A stretch of 64,000 bases of DNA from Hypanus sabinus (GCF_030144855.1 NC_082719.1:81840001-81904000); one strand, 5' to 3'; shown: positions 36,601 to 49,268, numbered from the stretch's first letter. The notes: generated by a model not told the origin, from the letters alone. A program made the numbers and translations.

Positions 36601-39019
36601 GATAAGGAATATAGAACAACAAATTAACACCCTGAAACTTTCAGTTTAAGTTTCTTGGTGATGAGCCTCATCAATACCACTCACATGCAAACATATTAAA
36701 ATTAGAACTAAGAGGGTATAGGTATTTGTGCTCAACTAGATCGCATCCTCAGTTCCCTATACTACTCCTTGTACACTCATGACTGCATGACCAGATTCTG
36801 TTCTAACTCCATTTACAAGTTTGCAGGGGATACCGCTGTAATGGACACCACCTCAAATAACAATGAATCAGAATACAGCAAAGTGATAGAGAGTTTAGTA
36901 AAATGGTGTCATGACAATAACCTTTCCCAGGGGGAGGGCTGCACATACTTCTGTCTGCATCAACAGTGTTGAGTTTGAGAGGGTTGAGAGTTTCATGTTC
37001 CTAGGTGTGAACATCACCAAGAGCCTGTCCTGATCTAATCTCATTGATATCAAGACCAACAAAGCTCGCCAATGCCTTCATTTCCTCAGGGGGCCTAAAG
37101 AAATTTGGCATGTCCCTGTCAATTGTAACCTTCTCTTTTATGCACCATAGAAAACATTCTGTCAGGATGCATGGCGGCTTGGTATAGCAACTGTTCTGCA
37201 CATGACCACACAACAAAAAGCAGAGTTGTGGACACGGCTCAGCACATCACATCACAGGAACCAGCCTCGCCTCTATGGGCTCTGTCTATACTTCTTGCTG
37301 CCTTAGTAAAGAAGTCAATATAATCAAATACTCCACCCACCCAGACAATCTCTCTTTTCCCCAATCCCATCAGCTTTGAAAGCATGTACCATCAGATTCA
37401 AGGACAGCTTCTATCCCATTGTTATGGACCATGTGTACAGTAAAATGGAGTCTTACCACCACAATGTACATGTTTCTTATCTTCACATATTTTGTACTGC
37501 CATTTTTTGAAAGTTTTTAATTTTTGTCCTTCATTTTTTTAAAAAAATATTGAATACACTGAGTATTGATTTGATCTGTAGAAACATTAAGCAAGAACCA
37601 GTACCAATATTAATGTATGGGAGCAGGAATCAGACCCCTAAAGATTTCCTTGCCATTTTACATGAACATGGTTGATCACTATTCCTCTTCTGTGCCATTT
37701 CTCCATAAACCTCCATTGCCCAATCTATCAAATATTTTGTTCTACCTGTTCTTTCGTTCTTGTGAACTTCATGGAAAATAGGCTTAAGACAGTTGCCTCA
37801 TCCAAGGAATTAGCCTGGTGAATCTCCTTTGTACTGCTTGGTAAATAATATTCTACCCTTTCCACTTGTCTTACCAAAGTGCATAACCTCACACTTGCCC
37901 ACATTGCTAATTGGTTTATTATTGTCACGTGTACTGAGATGCAGAGAAAAGCTTTATTTTGTCTTCAAACAAACAGCTACAAACTGATCATCCCTAACAT
38001 AAGTACAAAGAGGTAATCCAAAAGGAAAAACAGTATATATAACATATAACAATCACAGCACGGAAACAGGCCATCTCGGCCCTCCTAGTCCGTGCCGAAC
38101 TCTTAATCTCACCTAGTCCCACCTACCCGCACTCAGCCCATAACCCTCCACTCCTTCCCTGTCCATATACCTATCCAATTTTACCTTAAATGACACAACT
38201 GAACTGGCCTTTACTACTTCTACAGGAAGCTCATTCCACATAGCTATCACTCTCTGAGTAAAGAAATACCCCCTCGTGTTTCCCTTAAACTTCTGCCCCC
38301 TTACTCTCAAATCATGTCCTCTTGTTTGAATCTCCCCTACTCTCAATGGAAACAGCCTATTCACGTCAACTCTATCTATCCCTCTCAAAATTTTAAATAC
38401 CTCTATCAAATCCCCCCTCAACCTTCTACGCTCCAATGAATAGAGTCCTAACTTGTTCAACCTTTATAGAATGTATAGTATAGAATGTATTTTTAAAGCT
38501 TCAAAGTGCAGTGCAGGGAGACAAATATGGTGCAAGGGCCATGAAAAGGTCAACTGAGAGATCAAGAGTTCACCTTTATCCTGCAAGAGGTCTGTTCAAG
38601 AGTTTTAAAATAGTGTGATAGAAGCTGTCCTTGAACCTGCTGGGTGATATTAACTTACATTTGACAGTCTTTTTTCTACAAATGTATTTATATCTATTGG
38701 CCAAATCACAGCATGTTGTTCCATCTAATTTTTGTATCATCAGCAAATCTGAAATCTTTCAGGTCATTCCTGACTTGCTTTTGATTAATTCTGAATATCC
38801 ACTTCTCTATGCTTATCCTTCTGTTTCTTTTATATTTCAGATTTTAAAGGAGATTTAAAAGAAGATCTCAGACATTACCAGTTAATTTCAGATGGTTCTC
38901 AGCTGTTGCCAATAAGATGCTTACTGTTGCCTGGGATATTCTTAACGACTGTGATTCTTGGACTTTTACCTTTGAATGTATGGTCTGACAAATTAGAAAT
39001 AGTTCATGGAACATTTTAA
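28812..39019 (+). CDS. tdgf1: EGF-CFC family Nodal co-receptor (Cripto/tdgf1/one-eyed pinhead-like), complete 6-exon CDS, 215 aa
   Basis: join(28812..28834,28916..28965,29278..29451,33344..33458,34850..34956,38841..39019) = 648 nt, all GT-AG, phases 2,1,1,2,1 consistent. Encodes signal peptide, truncated EGF domain ([30 protein letters not shown]), six-Cys CFC domain and hydrophobic C-terminus, with the same exon layout as human TDGF1. Confidence 0.9.
28916..28965 (+). CDS. tdgf1: EGF-CFC exon 2, signal peptide ([16 protein letters not shown])
   Basis: Acceptor tttcAG, donor G|GTAAGC, hydrophobic core with small residues at the predicted cleavage site. Confidence 0.85.
29278..29451 (+). CDS. 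tdgf1: EGF-CFC exon 3 (GCEGQNC...VIPFIGLTD)
   Basis: Acceptor tttcAG, donor A|GTAAGT, open frame. GCEGxxC and PFxGLT resemble zebrafish oep and Xenopus FRL1 as I recall them. Confidence 0.87.
30620..31470 (-). mobile_element. CR1 LINE 3' fragment in EGF-CFC intron 3
   Basis: [21 protein letters not shown]...TRGHSLRI; CR1-type 3' UTR. Confidence 0.9.
31500..32010 (-). mobile_element. Rex1/Babar-type LINE 3' fragment
   Basis: [41 protein letters not shown]. Confidence 0.85.
32504..33071 (+). mobile_element. Tc1/mariner internal-deletion derivative
   Basis: TIR CACTCAGTGGCCACTTTATTAGG, right end followed by TA; transposase N-terminal remnant [24 protein letters not shown]...GQRRIARLV. Confidence 0.8.
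33344..33458 (+). CDS. tdgf1: EGF-CFC exon 4, variant EGF domain
   Basis: [39 protein letters not shown]: adjacent CC, GGT O-fucosylation Thr and N-glycan sequon NKS. Strong polypyrimidine acceptor and GT donor. Confidence 0.95.
34850..34956 (+). CDS. tdgf1: EGF-CFC exon 5, CFC domain
   Basis: [35 protein letters not shown], six Cys in CFC spacing; acceptor gacAG, donor G|GTAAGA. Confidence 0.95.
35225..35812 (+). mobile_element. RTE-like non-autonomous element; related copies at 47940-48300 (-) and 1-25 (-)
   Basis: Shared GGAAAAC..TGATCTCAAACCTCTGCTGCC and GGGGA.TAAGCTCCCACT blocks across the three loci. Confidence 0.5.
36049..36281. mobile_element. Penelope-derived palindromic insertion with a hammerhead ribozyme core on each strand
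   Basis: 96-bp inverted arms at 36082-36177 and 36186-36281; 13-bp TSD AATAAATTGTTAA at 36036-36048 and 36282-36294; a CTGANGA...GAAAC motif in each arm. Confidence 0.8.
36142..36177 (-). ncRNA. Minimal type I hammerhead ribozyme motif (intact core)
   Basis: Minus strand reads GTC-CTGATGA-A-GGGTCTCGGCCT-GAAAC-GTC-GAC: catalytic core, stem II, palindromic ACGT helix III, GUC cleavage triplet and GTC/GAC stem I. Confidence 0.65.
36750..37440 (+). mobile_element. Rex1/Babar-type LINE fragment
   Basis: [24 protein letters not shown] motif. Confidence 0.75.
38040..38465 (-). mobile_element. CR1 LINE 3' fragment in EGF-CFC intron 5
   Basis: [21 protein letters not shown]...[11 protein letters not shown]. 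Confidence 0.9.
38841..39019 (+). CDS. tdgf1: EGF-CFC exon 6, GPI-signal-like C-terminus and stop
   Basis: Acceptor ttcttttatatttcAG, phase 1 in frame: [60 protein letters not shown] small-residue SDGS precedes a hydrophobic stretch. Confidence 0.75.
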
Positions 39020-39520
39020 TTGTGTTCCAGATATTCCAGAGAATTAATCCTCATCCATGAGAAGATGCTGCTGTGATATTAATAGTAGTTCACCTTTCAA
39101 TGGATTCTTACTATTATTTTCCAAAGCACTATATCAGCTTTATCATGAAAAGATTATGGGTACAGGGTATGTTTGTGACAGACTTTAAGTGCACCTTATA
39201 TGTGAGGTATTGACTTAGTACAGTAAAATATAGTGTTTGTTTCATGATATCTTCATTGATTTGCAACAACATAAAGATAGGCGAGAAGGGAGTGCTGCAA
39301 TGATTCAATCATGTGATATTGAAGAGAGAATATTGTTCAAGACAGCCTTGAGCAGATTAACAGTTTAATGAAAATAGCATTAAGCCCTTTCCTAGTTTTA
39401 TTGTTCAAGGAATCTGCTTGTTAGATTGTTGGATAATATTGTCAATGATAACCTTAAAATGTTATTTATGTTGTATATAATTTCTTTTAAAAATATGAAG
39501 TTATGCAATAATATAATTGT

Positions 39521-39526
39521 AATAAA
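39521..39526 (+). terminator. Candidate polyadenylation signal of the EGF-CFC gene
   Basis: AATAAA ~500 nt after the stop in AT-rich, non-repetitive sequence, before the next TE. Confidence 0.45.
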
Positions 39527-39744
39527 CCTATTTATCCCAATAGATAATTACTGTTCAATCATATACAAGTTCCTTGATGTTTTGGAAATGACTACTTAAT
39601 TCTGATGGCTAAAGATCTCCACTAGGTAATCAAATCCAGTAATTAATTTGCCGTGCAGGTAAACTCAAATGTCATATAGGCAGAAAGAAAACTGCAACAA
39701 GGTTGGCAGTACCCATTTAGCTCTTTACTACCATTTTCTAAAGC

Positions 39745-41025
39745 ATAGAACATAGAACAGTCAGACTTGATGGCCCAGATGGCCTAATTTTGCTCTTACG
39801 TACATCACAGGGGTTTACAGCATAGGAGCAACTTTTAGTTCTGCCAAACTAATTAAATTAGTTACCAATTGCCCAACCAAGCTAATCTCTTTTGCCTTCT
39901 CCTTCCACTTCCTGTACATTCATGTGCATATCTAAAAGCCTCTTGACTGCCTCTTTCATATTTGCCTCCACCACCACCCTGGCAGTGAATTCCAGGCACC
40001 TATCACTCTCTGTGTAAAAACAAAACTTGCCCTGCACATTTTTGAAAGTTACCTCCTTCATGTCAAGAGTGGGAAAAAGATACTGGCTATTTATTCTAGC
40101 TATGTCTCTTACAATCTTATAAACCTCCATCAGATCTTTCCTCATTCTCCGCTGTTCCGGAGAAAGTAGCCCAAGTTTGTCCAGCCTCTCTTTACAGCAG
40201 ATGCCCTCTGATTTAAGCATTGTCCCATTAAATCTCTTCTTCATTCTTTCCAAACTCTTAACATCCTTCCTATAACAGGGTATCCAGAAATGGATGCAAT
40301 ACTCCAGACGCAGACTAGTGAGAACTTTATACAGCTGCAACATAACTTTGCACCTCTTGAACTTGTTCCTTGACTACTAAAGGCAAACATGTCAGCTGCC
40401 TTCTTTACTACCTGTCGTGGAAACACTAACTAAGAACACCAGAGTGACTCTGAGTTTTGATTTAAGAGTTTATTAACATATCATGGAGAGTCTGCAGCAG
40501 TCTCCACTGCCACCAGAACTCTGATTTTTAGGTTGTACAAAGATCATATTTATACAGCAAGACAAACAACGTCACATAACTTTGTTTGGCATCCCATGGT
40601 CAGTACAATATCAATTGCTTAAAAGACATTTCAATTATTCTCTCAGTGTGAGTCTAACAGTCCTCTTTGTTCCCTGTTATCAGGGCTCATAATTTACCCC
40701 CAGACACATCCTCCCTCCTGGTTCCAGGGACCTAGTATCTTATTAATTGGAGTTACCGGTACTGTGCTTATCATCCAAGGTTATTCTCGACACACATCAG
40801 CAGTCTTAAGCCCAGCTGCACCAGAATGGTCAAGTAACCCATCAGACACTAGTTTTAACCATTTCTATCACACCTGCATAGCTGCATTCAGGGAGCTATG
40901 GATCTGAAGCCCAAGATCCCTTTCAACACTGTTAAGACTCTTTCATTAATAGTGTCCAAAGTGCGACACTTCACATTCGGCTGGGTTAAACTTCATGTGC
41001 CATTTCTCTGCCCTTATCTGCAACA
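39745..41025 (-). mobile_element. Decayed CR1 fragment interrupted by an LTR
   Basis: LQLYKVLTSLRLEYCIHFW... ORF2 remnant. Confidence 0.75.
40413..40870 (-). mobile_element. Probable solo LTR inserted in CR1
   Basis: TG...CA termini with TACC/CACC flanks; the CR1 continues on both sides. Confidence 0.45.
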
Positions 41026-41244
41026 CTGCAGGTATGTTCAACCTCTCACAGGCCAGGAGAATCAGCTGCTGTTGGTTGTCTGGGAATAGGAGTAATCCCA
41101 TTGACTTGACTAGATGCATTTTAAGAAGATATCCAGCTTGACTTCTGCTCTTAGGCAGGATTACATGATAGATGATACCAATAAAAACTTCTTAGTCTCA
41201 TGGTTATCTTGATTATATATCTCAGCCCCCGCCCCCCCCCCCCC

Positions 41245-41887
41245 GCCATCTCCTGTAAAAATGCTATTCCTTTTTCTCAGTTTCATTGCCTCAGCTGCAT
41301 CTGTTGCCAGGACAAAGCTTTCCATTCCAGGGCATCAGAGGTGTCATTTTTTTTAAAAATTAACAGGTTTTCCCTCCCCTACTATTCACCCGCATCTCCC
41401 GTACATCCGCGCCTACGCCATCAGATGGGGTCCCTCTTGTCCTTTCCTGCCACCCCATCAGCCTCCACATCCAACACGTTATCCTCTGCAGCTTCCGCCG
41501 TCTCCAAAGGGATCCCGTCAGTAAACATAGCTTTACACTCCCACCAACCCCGCCTTCCACAGGGATTGCTTCCTCCGTGATTCTCTTCACCATTTGTCCC
41601 GCCCCTCTAACTTCCTTCCAGGCACTCAGTGGCCCAAATGCTATAGTCGCTCACCTCCATTCTTGGGTCCCAAGCAGTCCTTCCAGCTGGAGCAATATTT
41701 CACCAGCAGATCTGCTGGGGTCAGCTCTTGTGTTTGGTGCTCCCAATGTGGCCTCCTCTACATCTGTGAGACCCACTGTAAATTGCGGGACTGCTTTGTC
41801 AAGCATCCCTGCTCTATTTGCCACAAGTGGGACTTCCTGGTGGCCAAACATTTTAATTCTGATTCCCATTCCCGTTCCGACGTGTCA
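41245..41887 (+). mobile_element. Penelope-like element fragment (RT C-terminus and GIY-YIG endonuclease)
   Basis: KNAIPFSQF followed by CSQCGLLYICET...LVAKHFNSDSHSRSDVS, typical of PLE proteins. Confidence 0.75.
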
Positions 41888-41889
41888 TA

Positions 41890-44828
41890 GAGGAGACATA
41901 ATGGAGGGGTCAGACACTGAGTTCATTTAGGTGGAACTCAGGAACAGGAAGGGAGCAATTACACTGATGGGATTGTACTACAGACCCCTTAATAGCCACT
42001 GGGACATTGAGGTATGGATATGTAACCAGGTTAAGGAAAAGTGTAAAAATAATGGGGTTGTTGTCATCGGGAATTTCAGCTTCCCTGATATAAATTGGGA
42101 CCTTCTTAGTAAGGGGTTTAGATGGGGCTGAATTTGTTAAGTGTACCCAGGAAGGTTTCTTAAATCAATCTGTGGACAGTCCAATGACAGGAGGGGCCAT
42201 ACTGCACCTGGTGTTGGGTAATGAGCCTGACCAGGTGATTTAGATGAAGGCATTGAGAATAACATCAGCAAGTTTGCTGATGATACTAAGCTGGGTGGCA
42301 GTGTGACATGTGATGAGGATGTTAGGAGAATTCAGGGTGACTTGGATAGGCTGGGTGAGTGGGCAGATGACGTTCAATGTGAATAAGTGTGAGGTTATCC
42401 ACTTTGGGAGTAAGAATAGGAAGGCAAATTATTATCTGAATGGTGTAGAGTTAGGTAAGGGAGAAATACAAAGAGATCTAGGAGTCCTTGTTCATCAGTC
42501 ACTGAAGGTGAATGAGCAAGTGCAGCAGGCAGTGAAGAAGGCTAATGGAATGTTGGCCTTTATTATAAGGGAATTGAGTACAAGAGCAAGGAAATCCTCT
42601 TGCATTTGTACAGAGCCCTGGTGAGACCACACCTGGAGTATTGTGTACAGTTTTGGTCTCCAGGGTTAAGGAAGGACATCCTGGCTGTAGAGGAAGTGCA
42701 GCGTAGATTCACGAGGTTAATTCCTGGGATGTCTGGACTGTCTTATGCAGAAAGGTTAGAGAGACTGGGCTTGTACACGCTGGAATTAAGGAGATTGAGA
42801 GGGGATCTGATTGAAGCATATAAGATTATTAAGGGATTGGACAAGATGGAGGCAGGAAATATGTTCCAGATGCTGGGAGAGTCCAGTACCAGAGGGCATG
42901 GTTTGAGAATAAGGGGTAGGTCATTTAGGACAGAGTTAAGGAAAAACTTCTTCTCCCAGAGAGTTGTAGGGGTGTGGAATGCACTGCCTCAGAAGGCAGT
43001 GGAGACCAATTCTCTGGATGCTTTCAAGTAGGAGCTAGATAGGTATCTTATGGATAGGGGAATCAAGGGATATGGGGACAAGGCAGGAACCGGGTATTGA
43101 TAGTAGTTGATCAGCCATGATCTCAGAATGGCGGTGCAGGCTCGAAGGGCCGAATGATCTACTTCTGCACCTATTGTCTATTGTCTATTGTGACTGACCC
43201 TTCTGTGGGTGAGCAGTTAGGGAACAGTGACCACAACTCCTTAACTTTCAGAATAGCCATAGATAAGGATAGGCATGGCCCTTGTGGCAAATTATGAGGG
43301 CATAGGCAGGAGCCAAGAAGCATTAATCGGGGGCATCTTTTCTCCGGCAAGTCCGCATCAGACATGTGAAGTTTGTTTAAAGATCAATTGCACAAAGCAC
43401 AAGAAAGGTATGTTCCTATTAGAAGGAAGGCTGGGGATGGAAAGGGGGGCTTGGATGTCCGGAGAAGTGATGGATTTAGTCAAGAAGAAAAGGATATTTA
43501 TGTAAAGTTTCAGAAGTCGGGATCAAATGAAGCACACGAGGAGTATAAGGAAGCCAGAAGGGAATTAGGGAAGTAGGAGGGGCCATGAAAAGTCCTTGGC
43601 AAGTAGATACATACATCAAGAATAAAAGGATACTAGGGAGAGGGCGGGACCATTAATGGGCAAAAGGGGGAACACTTGTTTGGGTGCAGAGAATGTGAGT
43701 GAGTTTCTTAATGAGTACTTTGCTTTAGTATTTACCAAGGAAAATTATATGGAAGACCTGGAGATCCGTGGTGAGTGTATAAATATGTTAGGGCATTTAG
43801 AGGTCACGGACGAGGAAGTGTTAGGCCTCTTAATGAGTATTAAGGTGGATAAGACTCTAGGGCCTGATGGGATTTACTCAAGTTATTGAAGGAGGCAAGA
43901 GACAAGATAGCTGGACCCTTGACCAGTAGTTTTGTGTCCTCTCTAGCCATAGACAATGTCCTGGAGGACTGGCAGGTGGCTAATGTTGTACCTCTATTTA
44001 AGAAGGGAACAAAAGAAAATCCTGGGAACTATAGACCGATGAGTCTCATGTCAGTTGTAGGGAAATTACTGAAGAAAATTCTTAGGGATAAGATATATGA
44101 GCATTTGGAAACCCATGGCCTAAGCAGGGCAGGTTGTGTCTTATCAACTTGATTGAGTTATGTGACAAGGTGACGAGAGAGATTGATGAGGGTGGGATAG
44201 TGGATGTGGTCTACATGGATTTTACCAAGGCATTTGACAAAGTCCCTCATGGGAGGCTAATCCAGAAGGTTAAGATGCATGGGGTCGGCAGCAAATTGGC
44301 TGCTTGGATTCAGAAATGGCTTGTGCATAGAGGGCAGAGAGTATGGTAGAAGGAACTTATTCAACCTGGAGGTCTGTAATTAGTGTTGTTCTGCAGGGAT
44401 CTGTGCTGGGACCTCTGCTGTTGCTAAAGTATATAAATGACCTGGATGAGAATGTCGATGGGTGGGTTAGTAAATCTGTGGATGATACCAAGATTGGTGG
44501 AGTTGTGGATAGTGTAGAAGACTGACAAAGAATACAGAATGATGCAGATCAGTTGTAGACAAGGGCTGAGAAATTGCAGATGGAGTTTAACTCAGATAAG
44601 TGTGAGGTATCGCAAGTCAGTAGGGCAAATGCAAGGAAACAATACACTGTTAAGGGCAAATCCAAGTTCATAGCTCCTTGTAAGTGACTACACAGGTTGA
44701 TAAGGAGGTTAAGAAGGCTTATGGAACACACTTTTATTTGTCAAGGCATTGAGTTCAAAAGTCAAGAGGTTATGTTCTTACTTTATAGAATTCTGGTTAG
44801 GCTACATTTGGAGTATTGCATAAATTTC
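41890..44828 (+). mobile_element. Older CR1 ORF2 (APE and RT remnants)
   Basis: GLYYRPLNS, GNFSFPDINW, NYRPMSLMSVVGK, VYMDFTKAFDKVPH, QGSVLGPLL motifs; frameshifted. Confidence 0.88.
42240..43190 (+). mobile_element. Younger CR1 nested in the older CR1
   Basis: FADDTKL...[19 protein letters not shown]; ends in a (CTATTGT)n tail; the host APE reading frame resumes afterwards. Confidence 0.88.
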
Positions 44829-44829
44829 T

Positions 44830-45510
44830 TTGTTTTTGCAACATTGAGGGAGTGGTTGTTTTCTTGACACCACTGTGTTAGAGAGGTGACTTTTTAGCTG
44901 TAGGCAACCTCATTATTGTTTGAGATTAGGCCAATCAATGTAGTGTTGTTGGCAAATTTAATTAGCAGATTAGAGTTGTGGGTGACGATACAATCATGGG
45001 TATTCAGGGAGAAAAGGAAAGGATTACAGATTACAGGTACACAGCCCTGAGGGGATCCTGTATTGAGAGTCAGAGGGGTGGAGGTGACAGAGTCCACTCT
45101 TACCACCTGCTGGCGGTCTGACAGGAAGTCCAGGATCCAGCTGCACAAGGTAGGGTCAAGGCCAAGGTCTCTGAGGTTCCTGTCGAGCCTGGATAGAATT
45201 ATGGTGTTGAACGCTGAACTGTAGTCCAAGAACAGCATTCTTACATAAGCATCCTTCTTCTCCAGATGTGTAAGGACGGTATATAGAGCAGTGACCAACA
45301 AGACCAACAGGCTCCGTGACAGCTTCTTCCACCAGACCATCAGACTGATTAACATATTAAATACTGAGTGTATTTCTATGTTACATTGTTCTATTTATTA
45401 TAAATTATTATAAATTACTATAAATTGCACATTTAGACGGAGACATAATGTAAAGATTTTTACTCTTCATGTATGTGAAGGATGTGAGAAATAAAGTCAA
45501 TTCAATTCAA
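44830..45510 (-). mobile_element. Rex1/Babar-type RT fragment plus tail
   Basis: YVRMLFLDYSSAFNTI...GSPQGCV. Confidence 0.85.
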
Positions 45511-45789
45511 ACTCATCTGCGTTGAGAAATACGCAGATGATGTTTAAAATCAAATCAGTACTGATCACCTGTCCAGTTGACAATTTCCTGAATTTGATGT
45601 TATTTCAGTGGAGTGGTTTACTCTTTCTCCATATGGAGAAAAAAACCATGCAGAGTTACATTAAAGGATCTGAAAATGATTTTCTGACAAGTGAATCTTC
45701 CCTGACAATTGCATTTAATAATAATCTGTAATAATATTTATCTAATTGTCCATGCTCTGTTCTTCTCTGAAATGACTGTAAAACTATAA

Positions 45790-46495
45790 TGATGGAATTT
45801 AATGTGAGGTTTTGCACTTTGGGCAGACAAATCAGGGTAAGACTCACACAGCTAATGGTAGGACACTGATGGCTACGGTAGAACAAAGGGATCTGGGAAT
45901 ACAGGTTGATAATGCCTTGAAAATGGTGTCACAGGGAGATCAGGTGTAAAGAGAGCTTTTGGCACATTGGCCTTCATAAATCAGAGTATTGAGTATGGGA
46001 GCTGGAATGTTATGTGGAAGTTGTACAAGACATTGATGAGGCCTAATTTGGAGTATTGTGCGCAGTCTGATCACTTACCTACAGGAAAACTATCAATAAG
46101 TTTGAAAGAGTACGGAGAAAATTTACAAGGATGCTGCTGGGACTTGAGGACCTGAGATATAGGGAAAGGCTGAATCGGTTAGGACATTTCCCTTGAGAAG
46201 AAGAGAATGAAGGGAGATTTGATAGAGGAACACAGTATCACTAGAGGCATAGAAAGGGTAAATACAGCAGGCGTTTTCCACTGAGGTTGGGTGAGACTAG
46301 AACTAGATGTCATAGGTTAAGGGTGAAAGGTAAAATATTTAAGGGAAACCTCTTCACTCAGAGGGTGGTGAGAGCGTGGGACAAGACATTGGTTGGGAGG
46401 GGTATGGAGGGTATGCTCCAGGTGTGGGTGATGGGTCTAGGCAGAACAATGCACTAGATGGGCTGAAGGATGTTTCTATACTATACTGCTCTATG
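45790..46495 (+). mobile_element. CR1 3' fragment
   Basis: KLYKTLMRPNLEYCAQ. Confidence 0.8.
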
Positions 46496-46854
46496 ATCCT
46501 ACTTCATCCCCGGTATTAAACACTGAACAGTAGTTCCAGTGAACCTTTGCAGTGCCCTCATTTGTTACTGTAGTATTCTCTCCTCATCTTTCCTCCTCTT
46601 CAGAATGTGCTGCCATATGTTTAGCAGGAACACCAGGTGAATTTCACAGGTATAGATATTGCCTGTATGGCAAGTTTGCAAGGAGAGGTCCAGACAAATA
46701 AACTTGATTTATAATCATTCACCACTTCAAGCACAACTACTCAAACTGATTCTACAATCTATAGAATCACTTTCAAGGAATCTTAATTCATGTTCTCAGT
46801 ATTTTTTTATTTGCAGGGATTGTCTTCTTTTGAACATTGGTGTTTGTGAGCCTG

Positions 46855-47671
46855 TGTGATGAGCAAACCAAGCTGAGATGGGTTCCAGAGTTGACCCCCC
46901 CCCCCCCCCCGGTGAACTATGCTGCTAATGAGAGAGAGAGAGAAAAAGGTGGGGGAGGCATCCTGTGCAGATTAGAGAGAGAGAGAGAGATGATTTAATA
47001 TTATGGCTCCTTGGCTGATTGTTTACCTTTGCTCCAAGGACACTTTTGCCTGCTTGAAAGATTCTTGCAGAGACAGCAAGGCAGGACCACGTTGATGGAC
47101 AGCCAGTGCCCTGAAAGGGGATATAAACAGCAGGTCTGCTAAGACACAAGCAGACACACCACGGGACACTGAAAGAGCGTAGTGCATCCACGTGAAGGTG
47201 GGGTTTTGGAGGACTGATTCAGGGAATCGATCAGTGGCTCACAGTGTGTGAAGGTGCAACCGGTGAGGACTTGTTTGTATGTCCACTCTAGCCTGGGTGA
47301 CAGGTCCACCACTGAAGAACGGTCGTCGGTGACCGCAACAGGAAGACAACGGGAAGATCAACAGCAACGGCATTACTTCTCACTCTCTCTCCAACAATAT
47401 ACAAGCAACTACCTTGACCTAAACTGAACTGAACTGAACTGAACTGAACTCTGCACCATTGTAAGACTATCCATTTACCCCTAGACTTTGAAAGAGCTTG
47501 GTTTTGCTTCCTATTTCCACACTTCTGTATACATCATTGCTAACCTGTTTGATATATTTGCATTTTATAATACTGTATTACTTAGTTTACTAATAAACAC
47601 TATTAGTTACCAGACTCCAACATGTATTCCATTTCTGCTGGTTTGGTAACCTGGTCACGGCGTACGTGACA
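46855..47671 (+). mobile_element. Solo LTR
   Basis: TGTGATG...CGTGACA termini, internal GATATAAA (~47120) and AATAAA (~47592), (ACTGA)n tract; interrupts a LINE tail. No clean TSD. Confidence 0.6.
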
Positions 47672-49019
47672 ATTGCTTTTTATTAAATTCTATTGTATTT
47701 CCTTTTTCCCTTTAAATACCTTCAAGAAAATAAATCTCATGGTAATAGCTGGTAAAATATATGTACTTTGATAATGAATGTACTTTGCACTGAAATCGAC
47801 CATTGTTTTTATATTTGACAGATAGCTAGCATATTCGTTTGGAAACGTTTGTCTGATGATTGCTATTTCTCAAGTGAAGACAGTGCAATGATTAATTCTG
47901 CACATTTCCCTGAGGTCCTCTGTTGGTTGAGGTCGACATTGTGCCTTTGCTGTCTATGGGATACGCAAGCCAGTGCAATACGACATGGAGAGCAAGCTGC
48001 TGCCCATGCAGCAGGCTCTTCCTCGGCTCTCTGGATCTGATGAATCCAAAGGAACATCAGAGACCCTTACAGTTTGGCACAGACAGCATCGCTGGAGTTG
48101 CCAATTGGTCTTGAACTCAATGTTCAACTGCCTTAGGGACTGCAGCTCTGGACATTTCCTTGGGGTTTACTCCCAAAGCCTTTCCCATGAGTGGGTATAA
48201 CTGCAGGGCAGCAGAGGTTTGAGATCAGTGTTTTCTTTCTAGACAAGCTGCCAACATGGCCGACAAAGCCCATCTGCCTGAAGAGACCGGTTTTAGAATG
48301 AAGTTTAATGTAAATGTTTTGATAATATTAATACCTAATTAAAAAACCTAATATTAATAGATGACATTTTGTGTGACCTCTGGCCTGTTCAAATACTTTC
48401 TATGCTATCTGCAAAATAAATAAAATAACCAGCAGTAAACTGGTATTGTTAGAGGTCTTATTGTTCTTAGATAAATAAGTAGCCATTTTTACTTCTATTG
48501 ATCTTTTATCTGCTCTTGCAGTGCTCAACAATTACTCAAGATGTTCCTGTGAGCAATAAAATCAGATTTAGCACAGAATTAGCCTACTGAATTAATGTGC
48601 TAAATCAGTGTTTATTCTGTGTAATTTCTTGAATAAAAATAATTATTTCTAAAATTTCCAGCTCTAGTTAAATGATCTTTGTTATATTGCAATCAATTAC
48701 ACTTCACTTTCAAGTTAAAATGAAGAACTATCAGATCTGCTGTTAGAAGCATAACTGTTTTATAAATAGTTTAACTTCACATGTTAAACTGTATATGTTG
48801 AACAATTTAAAGTTGATTACATGGTGGTAAGCCAGTTTGAGATTTCAATGACATAAATTATTAAACACTTTATACTAACATTTGGAGATTAGCACACTGT
48901 CTACAATTAACTGCTTCACAGGATGTTTTTCAGTTATACTGACTTTTACTAGCACAGACTATTGCTAGAAACACTTGCTGCCAATGCTTCAAATCTCACT
49001 GATTTGCAACGATAGTGAT

Positions 49020-49268
49020 GTGGAAGTCCTCCAAGAGGACCACAACCTTGTCGTAGGGTTTGGAGGTTTGTGTGCCTCAGTGATACAGAGAGCTACATTG
49101 GCTGGAGTCAGGGCCAGGTCCTCTAGGTTTGAAAGTTCATCTCTGGGCTAACAACCCTGACTGGTCAAAAAGCAATTGTTACGGAAACAACAATGAGGAT
49201 TCCTTCTTTAATGGAGGACCTTCATTGCTGCCCTAAACACCAGCAGTGTAACGGGCAGTAAGTAAGTG
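49020..49268 (+). mobile_element. RTE-like short element with (TAAG)n tail
   Basis: Ends GAGGACCTTCATTGCTGCCCTAAACACCAGCAGTGTAACGGGCAGTAAGTAAGT. Confidence 0.5.

Noticed and set aside
39031-39047. Alternative terminal-exon acceptor for the EGF-CFC gene (ttccAG at 39030)
   Set aside because: Gives DIPEN* with no hydrophobic tail; the 38841 acceptor is stronger and yields a GPI-like C-terminus.
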